64,000 bases of DNA from Macrostomum lignano (Eukaryota). The first letter of the stretch is position 1. Each line of letters begins with the position of its first letter. The notes under the pieces are model-generated. The model was not told the DNA's origin. It made no database searches and worked only from the letters and a program-made list of their open reading frames with translations. This document shows, piece by piece, positions 44,013-62,177 of the stretch. The DNA lies in assembly GCA_002269645.1 (NCBI GenBank), contig NIVC01000010.1:1612001-1676000 (forward strand). Direction: 5' to 3'. Made by a program: the position numbers and the translations under genes.

Positions 44013-47000
44013 CAGTGAACGCTAATTAAAGCAGCTGCATAGGCAGTTAATACGGTATAACAAAGCCTAAATGTTCAATCGTTCAGTTTAGTATTCTGAT
44101 TTGTTTGATTCGCAAGAATTATATAGATTGCATTATATTATCAGATATCGCTATATTTTCCACTATAAATATTGCATTGCGCATTATTCTGTACCGAGAC
44201 AACTACATAAATTTGCTGTATTGTAATTTGCCTACTGCCTCCGAGTGCCAGAAATTCAACTGCAGTCAAGCACAGATGCGTGCTCGATGTCCTGATGTAT
44301 TTACCTGCCTGTTGCTTTGCTTTATTGGCTACGCTGAGAAAATTAATTGCTCAAACTTTGCTCATTATAACTATAATTGAAGATTCGTGAAATGCGCCTT
44401 TGATTGCTCTTTAAACTGCAACGGAAGTCCATGGCTTGATTCCAGCATTGACATTCTGGCATCAACCGTATATGTGGGTCACATTTTTATTATTTGTTTC
44501 AAATAAACATACTGATGCAATTACTAAATTATGAATTGAGTTTCGTCAATTGAAAACAACTAAATGTTCTATCTACGCTTGGATAGCTTTATAACGGACA
44601 AGATATCCTTAAGGTGCTACCCGCCGTTTGTTATTTCAAAAATGAATTCTACAGTGAGTAATTTCAACATAACATTGAGGCCTCACTGTGCACAGACGCC
44701 CAACATATAAGGCTACAGATGAGGGTCAGCCAGTGTCAATGTGTAGGTGGCCTCAATTTGAACTGCAGAACGGTTATTTACGCAATTTAATGTCGTTTCC
44801 GCCCACAATTCGCTCGTGTCATCCATCTGCACTCAGAAGCACCGCGGTTAAGCAGATATGCAGATATGCAGAAGCGTATATGCTACAAGTCTTACAATAT
44901 GCTTGCTTTTTAGTATAATCTCTTGCATTCTGTGAAACTGACTCATCCGCATAGGGCGGCGGTTATGTTTTGAAAGCCGGATTACAGTGGGCAGCTACTG
45001 ATGCATGATTCAGAGGGGCGTTTACTCTTTTGCTGGGTGTGCATTTGAAGGTCACGGATAACCATGCAGCAGTAAAATTGGCATACTTTGGCAGAAACTA
45101 AATTTTTCAAGTACTACTTGAAAATATTATTCAAGTAGGTTACGGGGGAATCGCTGAGATGTTGAGGCTGAGAGGTCAGAATTGCTACATGTACCTCAGT
45201 AGTTTATTAAAACTGTTTATTCCGTTCTTTGCTGCCTCCCTAACGGGTGTGGCTGATTGCTAGTCTCTTTCTAAAGCAAGATTCAAGTCGGTCGCACGAG
45301 TGCCATGGAAACTATACTAATCTAAATTAAGATGTGTTTAGCTAATTTTCGTTATCAGGTAGAGATTAGAAATTCTTCAAGTTCTTCAAAGCTGCCACTC
45401 GTACAGGCACATTATCAGTGACAGTATATAGTGTCACAGTTATTGGTAACGCCTTAGCTACTTCACAAAGAACTTATAAGTTTAATGACGCAAATGAAGA
45501 GTCGAAGTACTTCTGATACAAGAATTTGTTTTAACTTGCATTCCTATAAAATCTCGTTTCCAATGGCGTAGATAATGCCCCCTGCGAAACTTCTATTAAT
45601 ACAAAACTCGGGCGTGACTTCTTGGTTCGCCGAATAGCACTGGCCAGACTATACTTGTAGCATTCGTTTTGCACAACAGAAATTGAACCTGTGTCAAAGT
45701 CATATCAGGATTTTATCTGTTTTTTTTCTCCGGTTTGACCGTTGATATGCAGCATGCCGAGTGCCCATTTGCGTAAGCGGCAGCAGCTTTATAGCCTTTG
45801 TGCTCATACTGTAAAAGTACTCAGAAATGCATGCTAATTTCGTAGGAATTACATGCAAGGAAGAACATCACTCGTACGCGTAGACGAATGTCAATTTGTG
45901 GCTTACATAAACTTCACGCCTCACCATGCACTATTTTTAGTATATACCCTACTAAAACCAACACATTTTCGTTTAAAGTTGCCGCAAATTTTCACACTTA
46001 TCGTTTAATACTATCAATAGTTGGATCGTGGCGCGTCTAAATTCAGTAATTTAATTTTCAACGGTATAACCTAATAACAATTGGCAGGCGCACTTAAATC
46101 TATAAGTTCAGTTGCACTGCTATTAGTCTGTTCAGCAAGTATTATATTAAATTAAATTCTAGTGTTGCTTAGCTTTCTGATTTCAGATGCAGCATCAGCT
46201 GATAAATCATAGATTATTCGTATATTTTTCGTTTGCGAGTTTTTTATCACTAATATGGACTATCGAATAGCTATATAAATTATATAGTTCAGTATACTGT
46301 TATACACAACTGCATGTACAACTGCATGTATATAGTCACAAAAAGTAAGCTACACTGCTGGGGGGGGGATCAGAGAGAAGGCGAGAACCGAGACTCCACT
46401 TCATATAGATAATCCCATCTACATGCACATGCCTATGTAAGTTAAATCGCAGAAGGTCAAACAGCTGGTGTACAATTGCTTAAATAAAAATCTTGCTGAC
46501 TATATACTTCGGGTGTGTCAAAAGTTATGTCACTGATGTGAAAACAGACGAACTTGCAATCGCAGATAAACAAAACTGTACCACTCAACAATATAGAGTC
46601 CCCCAATATCAATCACTCTCTGGCAGTGCTCATACAGCTTGTCCACCTCAGCCTGCAGGTGTTTTTAATCCAACAGCCATAACCAGTGCAACGCGGCCTG
46701 TTTGACCTCTTCATGATTTGCGAAACTCTTCTTGGAAAAGTCAGCCTTTAGCCATTTGAACAGAAATCTGTCGCACAAGTTGAGGTCCGGGCTGTAGGGA
46801 CTGTCAGAGCAGATTCACTCGCCGTGCAGGTAGAAAATCCGAAACAGGCTTACAGGTGTGCGACCGTGCGGTGTCCACCTGCCACAGAACCTCGTCCAGG
46901 AGACATGGATTTGACCGAAGAGTGCGCCAAAGGACCCCAGTGTGCCGGGCAAAAGCGGATAAAAACTACTGACAATCGAACTTGACGTTTGACCCTCGAT

Positions 47001-47530
47001 GAGACATCTTTGTTTGGCGTAAAGGCCACCAGCAGCATGGTCTTCTTGTCCGAGACGGACCTCGTGGTCACGGTCGGCAGCAGACCCCAGCTCCCAGCCA
47101 GCAGCGATTGTCTGCCTTGCTGCCCTTGCCATCCAGGTGGAGCCAGCTTTCATCCTCAGCAACCAGGCAGTTTAGGATGTCATTCAAGCCCCGGCTGCTG
47201 AACACCTTGCGGATCTGCTAGGTGCAGGCGTCTTGTCGAGATTCATGGTTATTTTTGTTCGCTGCATAGACGAGTTTTCATCGCGTTGCACTTGCTAAAT
47301 CTGCTTGGCGTATTCTTGCGATAGCTTGGGCCATAAACAACCTATGTACGTCTCAAATGCACTGCTATTGCTTCACTAAGTATACTTTGCAGCTACACTA
47401 CCCACAAGTCCATGTGCCTACATATTTTAGACAGAGGCCTGCAGTGACATCACTTATGACACACCCGAAGTAGTAACATCCACGCACAGCCAGCGTGTCA
47501 ACTTCTCGTATTAAAAAATATCACAGTTTC

Positions 47531-47690
47531 CATATCTGCGTCTGAGCGTCGGTCTAGTTGTCAACACGCTGAAGACCAAGGTGCTGACTGTGCCGGCCGA
47601 CTCCCAGCGGACCTGACATGCCGCGGCGGAGACGGGCAGACGACCATGCTCGCATGCTGCCAGCGGTTCAACCAACCCCACGTGGAGGGG
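47531..47690 (+). mobile_element. Short fragment of a second LINE RT C-terminal region
   Basis: Reads YLRLSVGLVVNTLKTKVL, resembling the GLxINxxKTKxM motif that follows the RT catalytic core. It lies upstream of the Ingi-like RT, so it belongs to a separate element. Confidence 0.4.
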
Positions 47691-47699
47691 CCTCACCTG

Positions 47700-49895
47700 G
47701 GTCTGGCAGAAGGCTGATCGGACCAGCTACCAGAACCAGAAACCAGAAACTTTATTGCATACGCAATGAACGCAACCGGTTAAGGAGCCTATGTGATCCG
47801 GAGGCCTGGCGCAACAAAAATGCTGAATTCAACAAGCGCTGTGCCGAAAAGAAAGCCGAGTTCTGGAAATCCTAGGTGCAGGAACCTCTCGTCCTCTCCG
47901 ATGATCCAACCCAAAGAAGATTTGACGAACTATCGAGACTCTGGGGGCCGGAGGTAAGAACGCGTCAAAAAATAAAACCTCGTCGTCAAAAACCGCAAAC
48001 ATCTCACGGGCCTGGAAAGGGCCAACGCTTTAGGGCGTTTTATGCCACCATCAGCTCCCTAAAACACGATGCTCATGACCGTAGTTTCAAGGTCGAGACC
48101 GCGAAGAGATTAAAAGACTACCCAGTGGGCAACACTGATCACAAAGCTAGTTCACCCTTAGGGAGCTGCTGCGCACCCTGTGCAAGTTGGATGTCACCAA
48201 GAAGTGCGGCCCGGACGACATTGAGGAGGCCATCTTCAAAAAGCTGCCGACATCCTGGCAGTTGGCCTGGCTCAAGGTATTCAACCGCTGCTGGAGCCCT
48301 GGCCACTGCCCAGAAGTCTGGAAGAAGGCCACCATCGTGCCTCTTCTTAAGGACGGGAAAGACCCTTAAGACTGTTCCAGTTTCCGCCCCATCAGTCTTA
48401 CGTCCTTGTTAAGCTCATGGAGCGTATGGTGCTGGACCGGCTGAGACTAGCTGCTGGCTCGAGACTAATGGCACCCTACAGCCCTGGCAAGCGGGGTTTC
48501 AACGCGGCCAGAGCTGCGAGGAACAAATTGCTCGTCTCGTGCAAGAAATTCAGGACGGCTGGGGAAGGAGGCCCCACCACAAGACGCTGGCCGTCACGCT
48601 CGATTGCTCATAGCGTCTGGAGGGTCAAACATGGACAAGGGTCTGCCTGGCCGGATAATATTTTTGTTTGCCAGCTTTCTTGAAGGGCGTCAAATCGCGG
48701 TGCGCGTCGGTGAGGCGGTCGACAAGTGACGGCCCCTTCGCGAGGGGGTGCCCCTGGGGCCTTCAGCTCTCCTATCCTGTTCGTCCTGTACATTAACGGC
48801 TGGCGGGAAAAACTTGTCCCACAAAGTCTACTACGGAGGATTTGCCGAAGACATCGGTATCTGGACTTCCGGACGGAATTCTAGCGAGCTGAAAACTCGC
48901 ATCCAGTCCGCGCTCAACCACATTGAAGACTAGGCCACTGACTTAAGAATCGACCTTAACCCCTCCAAGTCTGAGTGCTGCCTGTTCACGCGCGACCGTT
49001 GCGAGCGAAATCGTCCTCTCAACCTGTCGATACTCGGCATTCGACTTCCCACCAAGAGAGAAGTCCGCTACCTCTCGGCATCTGTATAGACGATGACCTG
49101 ACCTTCAAACGTCAGACGAACGAAGTTTTTGCGAAGATCCATCGTCGATGCAGCATCCTTCGCGCCCTGGCCCACGGAGAGTGGGGTTGGAACTGCGATA
49201 CCCTTCTCACCGTCTACAAGGCGGTCGTCGAGTCCGTCGCCTGGCATGCGGCCGCGGCTTGGATGCCATGGCTGCCCAAAACAAGGTTTGGAGAACTGGA
49301 CCGGGCGCAGCAAGAAGCCTTGAGACTCACCGGCCTGCCCAAGTCGACCCCCTGCGAGGCTGTCTACAAGGAGGCTAAGTGCGTCCCGATCAGCGTTGAA
49401 GACAAACGGAGAGCCCTCATCGCCGTCGAAAAGGCAAAAAGAAGACTGGCAAGCAACCCCTGGCGTCAGATATGTAAGCGCAAAGCCGACGTCCGTCTCA
49501 AAGCCAACCGCGGGGCCTCTGTGAGCAAGCCAACCGGAATACTGGCCAATCTCCTCCCGTATGAGAGGCTCCCGAACTCCTGCTGGGTTCGCGCGTCCCC
49601 TGGGAGGCCCTAAATGGCTCGGAGCGACTCCGCCTCTTCCCTGAGTTCCTCCGGCCCTTGTAGCAAGACTGACGACATCCAGGCCAGGCACGACCTCGTT
49701 GAGGAGACCCGTAGGGAGCGCCTTCCTCACATTTGCTATTACACCGACAGATCGGCCACCAGCGGTATCCAGCATGTCTCGGAGCTGCTTGGATCCTGTA
49801 CTGCAGCCGCCAGGATCTGGTTATTCGATCTGGGTGCGCGGCGGCCGGCAGATAGTGTAGCTCCTCTGAAGCTGAGCTCCGCGCCCTCTGCTAAT
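47700..49895 (+). mobile_element. Decayed, 5'-truncated non-LTR retrotransposon (Ingi/I-group-like) with RT and partial RNase H
   Basis: Frameshifted fragments: KKCGPDDI, WKKATIVPLLKDGKDP, FRPISLTS, MERMVLDRL, GVP, SSPILFVLYIN, FAEDI (YADD-equivalent mutated), WGW..LLTVYKAVVES..AAAAW, TGLPKSTP, and RNase H YYTDRS and CSSSEAELRAL. Confidence 0.85.
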
Positions 49896-52800
49896 GAACT
49901 AACCGTTTAAGTATCAAACTGGTTTAGACGGCTGTACTCCGATTTTAAAGAATTCCGATGTAAATCCTTAGGGATTCTCAATCAGACGGAAGACAGATTG
50001 ACGGAAAGACAGCTTCTTAATTAATTAGTCATTTTATTACATGTACGTATACGCAAGGCAACGATTTTAGTCTATGTATAAATCAAACGCACTGCTGTCA
50101 GTGTCTATACAATCGTTTCAATGCATCGTCGGCTAACCATTGACATTTATACGTACAGTCGATACATCATCCTCTAAATATTTATATTGCATCTGCTGTA
50201 TACGGCCTGATTTTTTAATAGTAAATTACACAGTCGTTTATAATTAAGCCCTTGACTCTGGAGTCGAGGTCTTAGATCGAGGTTAATTAAATGTGTACCA
50301 ATTTCTATATGATCGTTTAAATGCCTATACGCGAACCGAGATCGATTCACAATATATATGTTAATTTACGTGCAGTCATCGTTTCAATGCATCAATATTT
50401 TGACATACTCGTATTATAGTCAAAGTAATTCACTACAATTTAGACAGTGTCAGTCTCTAACGCATTCTTATCATATCTGCTCCGTTTTATTGCAATATCA
50501 AAGAACCATAGACAATTTATTGCATGCATTGAATTAACACTGCGCGTCTATACAGGTATCACATACCAATTATAGAACTCCTTGTCACAATTACTCTCCC
50601 TCGAGGTCTCTTGCGGCCGTTACGGCGATATCGCCGTAGACACAGGTATGGATTTTTATCCCCTTGCGCCTATTTTCATACAAACCAAGGCAACACTGCG
50701 GGGAACCAAAAAATGGCGGGAAACACCAAGAAAAAAATGATTTCGCCGTCGACCAATGCTTATCGGCGAAAAATTAACTGGATGGCCATTTTAATTCCTG
50801 CTAAGCAAGCATATCCAAGTGTAAATTCTGCTTAAATAGGTATCCCAAGGTCAAGAATATTTTAGGAACAAAAAACTTTCTGACTGTCACATGGGGCAAG
50901 CAAATTTACTGATCGTACGTTTTATTGCACCGGTACTTTTTTAAATGTTCAAATTTTCTTTACCGTGCTCGTCTGCAAAAAAAAACAAAATGAACGGCTT
51001 AATTTTATAATACTAGTTGATGCGCTTATTAGTAAACCATTAAGATATAAAAAACTAAAATTTTCTAAGCTTTAACATACTGAAAAGTAGATTCGCGGTA
51101 GTGTCTGGACTAATCTTGTCAGACTTTTTTGTAAAGGCGGCAAAACAAATTTGCGTTAATTCCAGGAAGCTAATTTTTACTGTTATGCAGCGGAAGTTTA
51201 ATATGATCAACAGTAAATTCGTATATCGGGTTAGGGAATGGCTAAAGCTAATGCATTTGTATTGTATGAGTATGACATGATACCATATTTTCTATATGGC
51301 TAGGCTCTATACTAAAGTATAGATAGTATAATTTATTCACCAAATTTAAATTGAAATTTAGTGCATGACATCAATTAGCCATGCAACGTTTAGCAATTAG
51401 CAAAAAGTAATGTTACCAAAAGCACTTTGAGCATTTTACCATTTGAGCAGGAAGCCCATCCTCTTGCATATATATTTTTGGGATGTTGGCTAACCAACAT
51501 GCATAATAATGTATTATATTATTATTGTATTATTATGCAAGCTATTTGAATGAATGTAGGTTTTTTATAAACATTTTTGCACTGAAATATTCTAACTTAA
51601 TTATACCTAGTGGAAAGTAAAATATTCTATTTCAAGTTTTGCTCTCAACCTTATTTCCTTTTTATATTCTTATACCTCTTGGCAATATTGAATATAAAAT
51701 AATTAACTTTGTAGACACTATTTATAGTAATTGTTGTAGGAAATATGAGTTTTATTATAAACTATGATAAAAATAGCAATATATATTATAGCTACAATTA
51801 TAGCATAGAATAGTTGCAAAAAGACTGTGCTTGACTGCTTGTTAAAGACTTAAATATCCTACTTTATTTTTTATTCAAAATAATTATTGTTATATTATTA
51901 GCACAATTAAACATTTAATTTATTTGTATGAAAATTAACAATTAAGTGTTTTTTGCTTTGGGAACTTTTTATTCTAGAAATGAATGCTTTCTAAAGGCTG
52001 AATTCTAACTATTCAAATGGTATTATAATAAAGGTCTATTATATTATCTTAAATCTTATTGTATTCTTAAATCCTTAGCCTATAGGGTGCACAAGGTATA
52101 AGTTAATATATAGGTCCTTTTTGCCTGGATTAGGACACTAATGCTTACAATTTCCTAGGGTTAGAAACTACCAATGTGACTATTAGTGCTAATTACTTTT
52201 AGCAACTCATTAGAATGCAGAAGCTAGTATATAAGAAAGTGAATACTAAATAAAATATATTAAAATCTTCCTCTAACCTAGCTAAGCTGGCATTGAGCCA
52301 TATGAACTTTCCATAGCTCTTAGGCAACTAGAAAAAATAACATAGCAACATACATGGCTAGCAATAATAGCTAATACCTAAGGCTAAGATGAACTAATTA
52401 GGTTTTTTTATCTTTGTTTATTTAATTGAGTACCAAATAATCTATAAGACATATTCAATAAAAACTAGTGATACATAAAGAACTAAAAAGGGTGTAAACT
52501 GCTGGAAAAAGCTATAAATTCAAAGCCATCTGTGCCATAACCATGGCATTTTTCACAACTAAAGGACAGGGTCCCCTTGCAGAGTAACAAAGTGCAACCT
52601 ATAATATTCTCAAGAAATCTAAAAATGTGTATTTTTATTAATTATTATCATTTTATTTAGTAAAAATTTCTGAAATAGGCAATAAAGTAGAATATATTGT
52701 ATCTTACATTTGTGCTACTATCTCTATAAGTTTTTAATAAATAAATTAGGTTTACTATTTAATTAAATTCTAGAATGTAGCAGAGACTATTTGCAGCAAA

Positions 52801-53248
52801 TATAATAAATATGAGTTAATGATCTTGCATAAACTATTGTTTAATAGAAAGCTCATTATTAATTTTTTATATTTTATTAAACTATAAGATTTGTTGTTTG
52901 TCAAAAGTTTTTAAAAGAATATAAGAAAATTCTTAACAAATTTACTTTATCATATAGATTTTTTTGGGTGCAGTAAATAAGCATGTCTATGCATCTAGTC
53001 TAGGATTCTAAATTCTGTGGCTCATGGGGGGTTGCTGATTTGCCGAGGGTCAATTGGAAGTTGTTGGTAAGCCAAGGCAAAGGCAGATCAAAGGGACAGA
53101 GGTCAAAATCTACATGTAAATTATGAAAAAATCGATTCCTTTCTCTGTTGTTAGTGAGCACAGTATGCATCTAGGGTTCCAACATCCTTAATCTAATGAA
53201 CTATCTGGCATTTGAAGTAATCCGTTTGACCTCCTTTGACCACTCTTC

Positions 53249-55875
53249 ATGGCTCGGTCTGCCATTGACACCTCCAGCGTGTTCACCGCCGACTCTGGCA
53301 TTGTGACGCGCGGCCGGCACAATCCGCTGCACAGAGCTGCATCGCTCAACCAGTCTCTCAATCAGTCTTGGAATGGTGCACCGCCCGAGCTGAGCGGCTC
53401 CCAGCAGCAGCTGCCTGACGATGCCACGGTGCTCAGCGGCCAGACTGGTACTGTGGTCACCGCGTCGAGACTGGGCCCGGGCTCCACTCGCTACACCGCA
53501 GGCTCCGTTCGGGCACCATCAAGAGCCACCACTGGGTCACTTTATCGGAGAAAACGCGAGAGAATGTTTAAAATATTGTCTGGCCTGCTGATTGCGTTTG
53601 GATCGATAATTGCCATCTTCGAGATCTTTGCGCTTGGGTGAGTGAGATTGTTTTTTACCCCGAAGTCTGGTGCTGCTACTCAATTATTTATCTGAGAATC
53701 GCCCTGATCTCACACTGAGAATCGCCTTGATCTCACACTGGGAATCGCACTGATCTCACTGAGAATCGCCCTGATCTCACTGAGAATCGCCCTGATCTCA
53801 CACTGAGAATCGCCCTGATCTCACACTGAGAATCGCCTTGATCTCACAATGAGAATCGTCCTGATCTCACAATGAGAATCGCACTGATCTCACACTGAGA
53901 ATCGCCCTGATCTCACACTGAGAATCGCACTGATCTCACACTGAGAATCGCCCTGATCTCACACTGGGAATCGCACTGATCTCACACTGGGAATCGCCTT
54001 GATCTCACACCGAGAGCGGCCCTCACCCGCAGGTTCAAGCGAGACTACCAGGTGTACGGCAGCGGTATCTGGGTCGGCCTGCCCACCATAGCACTGGCAG
54101 GCCTCACACTGGCCAGCATAGGCAGAGGCCGGCAGTTCAATATCGCCCTGCTAGTCTGTGCCGCACTTCTGCTGCCAGTGCTAGCGGCAGGCCTAGCCAT
54201 ATCAGGCTACGAGTTGAACCTCGCTATGGTGAAGCTGTACGATATGCAATCCAAACAGGGCGGCTCAACCAATGACTGTGGCAGCTGCGGAGAATTAATC
54301 ATGACCAAATGCAGCTTTGCTATTGTACTGTTCGTTGTGTCTGTGGTTTTCGTCTGTCTGATCATCTACAGGCTTAGCGTGAAACTGTGCGCCTGCTGCA
54401 AGCCCAGCCCGGAGGAGCTGAAGAGGAACGCCCTGACCCAGTCAGCTATCGACCAGCATAATCAAAGTTTAAGAGGCTCCAAGCCGCCGAGTGTCTATGC
54501 GCCAAGTGTCCGGTCGTATGCTCAGTCTCAGATTAGTCAGAGCGTGCCGGACCTGTATCCGGTATGGGGACTTGCTTACATGCTAATTGCTCACTGCTTT
54601 TGTGATAATTGTTCACAGTCTCATTGGGAATATTTAGGGCTCACACAGACTCTCATTGGGAATGTCTGGGGCTCATACAGACTCTCATTGGGAATATCTG
54701 GGGCTCACACAGACTCTCATTGGGAATATATGGGGCTCACACAGACTCTCATTGGGAATATCTGGGGCTCACACAGACTCTCATTGGGAATATCTGGGGC
54801 TCACACAGACTCTCATTGGGAATATTTGGGGCTCACACAGACTCTCATTGGGAATATCTGGGGCTCACACAGACTCTCATTGGGAATATTTGGGGCTCAC
54901 ACAGACTCTCATTGGGAATATTTGGGGCTCACACACTGACTTATTGGGGAAATATTCACAGATACTAAAATAACTAGATAGGCCACTCAGCACATTTGCG
55001 TGTAAGCTACTTTCAGTTCAGTAGTAGGTTAGGCAAAAGCATTTTAATGTACTTTTAAAGTCAAGACATTCATTGGCTCTTACCCCCCCCCAGCTTAAAC
55101 CCTCCAACCGCGCCTTTCCACACTACCCACACGCCCCAATTTTTATTGCCTTTCTCGGAATTCCAGCCTAAAGCTGCCATGTACATTTCAGTGGACTGGC
55201 AAATGTACATTATTGCTGAAGCAATTAGCAAGCTGTTTATGCCTGCAAGCTTGGGGGCTTCTTAACTTATCAAAGTCATTTCAGCTGCCATTAATTTTAT
55301 AAAATAGCTTATCTACTCGGATTCTTCTTTGCTACTGAACTGAAAGTAGAAAGCTGCTTTACTAAGTATATATGCCTGAGTGGCTCATCCAGTATTTTAG
55401 TATCTGTGATAATATTTGGGACTCACGCAGCTGATCTTTGAAACTCGAAGCAACGCTAAATCTCCCCCCCCCGCAGCCCCGGGCGCCCAGCCAGTCGGCC
55501 AGCCAGTACCTGTACGACCCGAGGGCCTCCGGCGCTCCGCCGATGCCCCCGCCCCAGCCGCAGCAGCAGCCGCCGCAGGCGCAGAGACAGCCGATGCCTC
55601 AGGCCAAGCCTCGCAGCTCCGTGGCAACCAGCAGCCTGGCCGACCTGCCGCTGTCTAGGAATCAGCCGCCGCCAGCGCCGAAGCCTCCGCCGCCGCCGCA
55701 GGCGCTGCAAGCTCAGCCGATCTTGACTTCGAAGCCGCAGAATCGCAAGCCGCAGCAGCAGGCTCAGCAACAGCAGCGGCCGCCGCCGCAGCAGCTGGCC
55801 TCCCAGCGGGTCAGCCGGCCAACATCCGGGTACCGACAGCGCTCCAGTTCTGGCAAGAGAGTTCCTCGGAATTAG
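53249..55875 (+). CDS. Four-TM CD20/MS4A-like membrane protein with long low-complexity N- and C-terminal tails, about 438 aa
   Basis: Exons 53249-53637, 54033-54561, 55477-55875 (1317 nt, in frame). Four hydrophobic segments, the second containing YGSGIWVG; Cys-containing loop before TM4; juxtamembrane CACC; Pro/Gln-rich tail. Family assignment is by motif resemblance only. Confidence 0.7.
53693..54015. repeat. 23-bp minisatellite GAGAATCGCCCTGATCTCACACT
   Basis: Tandem units filling the intron between coding exons 1 and 2 of the 4-TM gene. Confidence 0.9.
54617..54950. repeat. 32-bp minisatellite CACAGACTCTCATTGGGAATATCTGGGGCTCA
   Basis: Tandem units. Confidence 0.9.
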
Positions 55876-57366
55876 TAACGCGACGAAATATTGGGGTTAG
55901 CTGGGGCGAGAGAGACATGCAGGTGGCACAGTTATATCCTCCCTCCCACATCCAGCACACAGCGGCCCCTGTGACTTTCTAATCGTCAGACATGTACACT
56001 CTCCGTGCCTTTGCGGTTGGCCCTCATGGCTGTCTGTGAATCGCACAACCCCCCTCCTGAGTCAATTTTCGTGTACACACAAGCCCCAGATGTGACCGCG
56101 CACCGATTCAAACCAAGGACCACTGAGCTGCCCTCTGCACCAGTCTTAAGAAATTCTGCAGTGTATTAACTGTGCCACCTCTCTCGGAAAGTACAGATTG
56201 AGACATTCTACATGTAGGTGTTTATTTAGTTTAATAACTACATGTACATGTACACGTGTTTTTACTTCATTGTTAAACCATTTTCGATCATTAGTGACGA
56301 GTCTGCAACAGGAAAGCTATTAAAAATGTGAAACGTTGAGCCTAGAGTTTCGTCAGGCATGTTCTACTAATTATCATGTACTTTTATATATCCTAAAATA
56401 TTTATTGAAAAAGGAAAATTTCGTTTCATAATGAATCTGAATGTTTAGTAATGATTTTATTATAGCTTTTTTATTTCGATGTAAAGATATGCATCGGGTG
56501 TTTTTTTGTTAATTGTCCGCTACATTTCATAGCTTTAGTCTTTTTGACTGCTTTAATAATTATTATCAATAGTTTGTTTCCCTGTCTGAGTTTTTGTTAA
56601 TTTCTTGTGAATAGAAAAAGTGTACGACACTAAACTGTAGCATTGTACATTGTTGCATACCTGTGCAGGCACAACTTAATTTTATAATATTTATCACTAA
56701 GACATTCCATTTTCAAATCAACGTTAAAATTTGTTTTATTTCTAATTTTTATTGGTATACTAGTAGGAAATCTAACCTTGAATTTTATAAATCGTTAGCA
56801 TTGCCGTTGTTTTAATTAATGCGCAGACGGATTATTTGTTTTAACGTGTTTATATTTAAATTATATAAAACCGTAACAACATTCCATTTATTGATTCAAT
56901 GTCTTTGTGTACGTAAGCAACTGGATAACTTGCTAATGAGCATTAATAAGCATTGCTGTACGGGATTAAAATTATGTTATTATTTGTAGACAAGACAACG
57001 TCAAGAAAGTGTTTTAGTGATCTGGATATGTTTTTTATTTAATTTTCGTGTTTAAACAATATATAGATTTTTACGCAACAATACAATAGATAAAAAATGT
57101 CAAAAAAGAATTAAAATTGTTGCTTTGTTTTTAAAGGATAAAGTGCGACACAATTTGAAAAGGTATATATTTATCTTTATTAGTCAAGATCAAAGATCAA
57201 CTATCAAGAGGTGCTAATTCAAAAACTCTGAATTACGTAATTAATTAAAAGGAGAACACGACAGAAAAAATCGACACTGCTTATTTATTCATGCTTTAAA
57301 GATATGAGACTACCACTGTGTATTATTAAAATGCTAAAAACTAGTTTAAAAAGTTCTGAACTATAG

Positions 57367-57376
57367 TTTATTTATT
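57367..57376 (-). terminator. Candidate polyadenylation signal(s) AATAAA for GABARAPL2
   Basis: Overlapping TTTATT copies on the + strand about 130 nt downstream of the stop codon. Confidence 0.4.
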
Positions 57377-57504
57377 GTACAACAGAAAAGCATGCATTAC
57401 GAAAGTTGATTTGAGTAGATCGTTTATAACGAGTAGCCCAAATGAAAAGTTAACTAGCTACTTTAAATAGTTAATTAACAAAACATTTAGTATGCAGTTT
57501 CAGT

Positions 57505-62177
<4,673 letters not shown>

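Noticed and set aside
53693-54950. Inverted pairing between the arrays flanking 4-TM exon 2
   Set aside because: Only about 8 nt (CAATGAGA) are complementary in a few units, too weak compared with the ABCB1 case.
55416-55658. Alternative last exon of the 4-TM gene via the acceptor at 55430 (Ala-rich frame)
   Set aside because: The acceptor at 55476 has a better branch point and pyrimidine tract and gives the longer Pro/Gln frame. The other acceptor cannot be excluded as a minor isoform.
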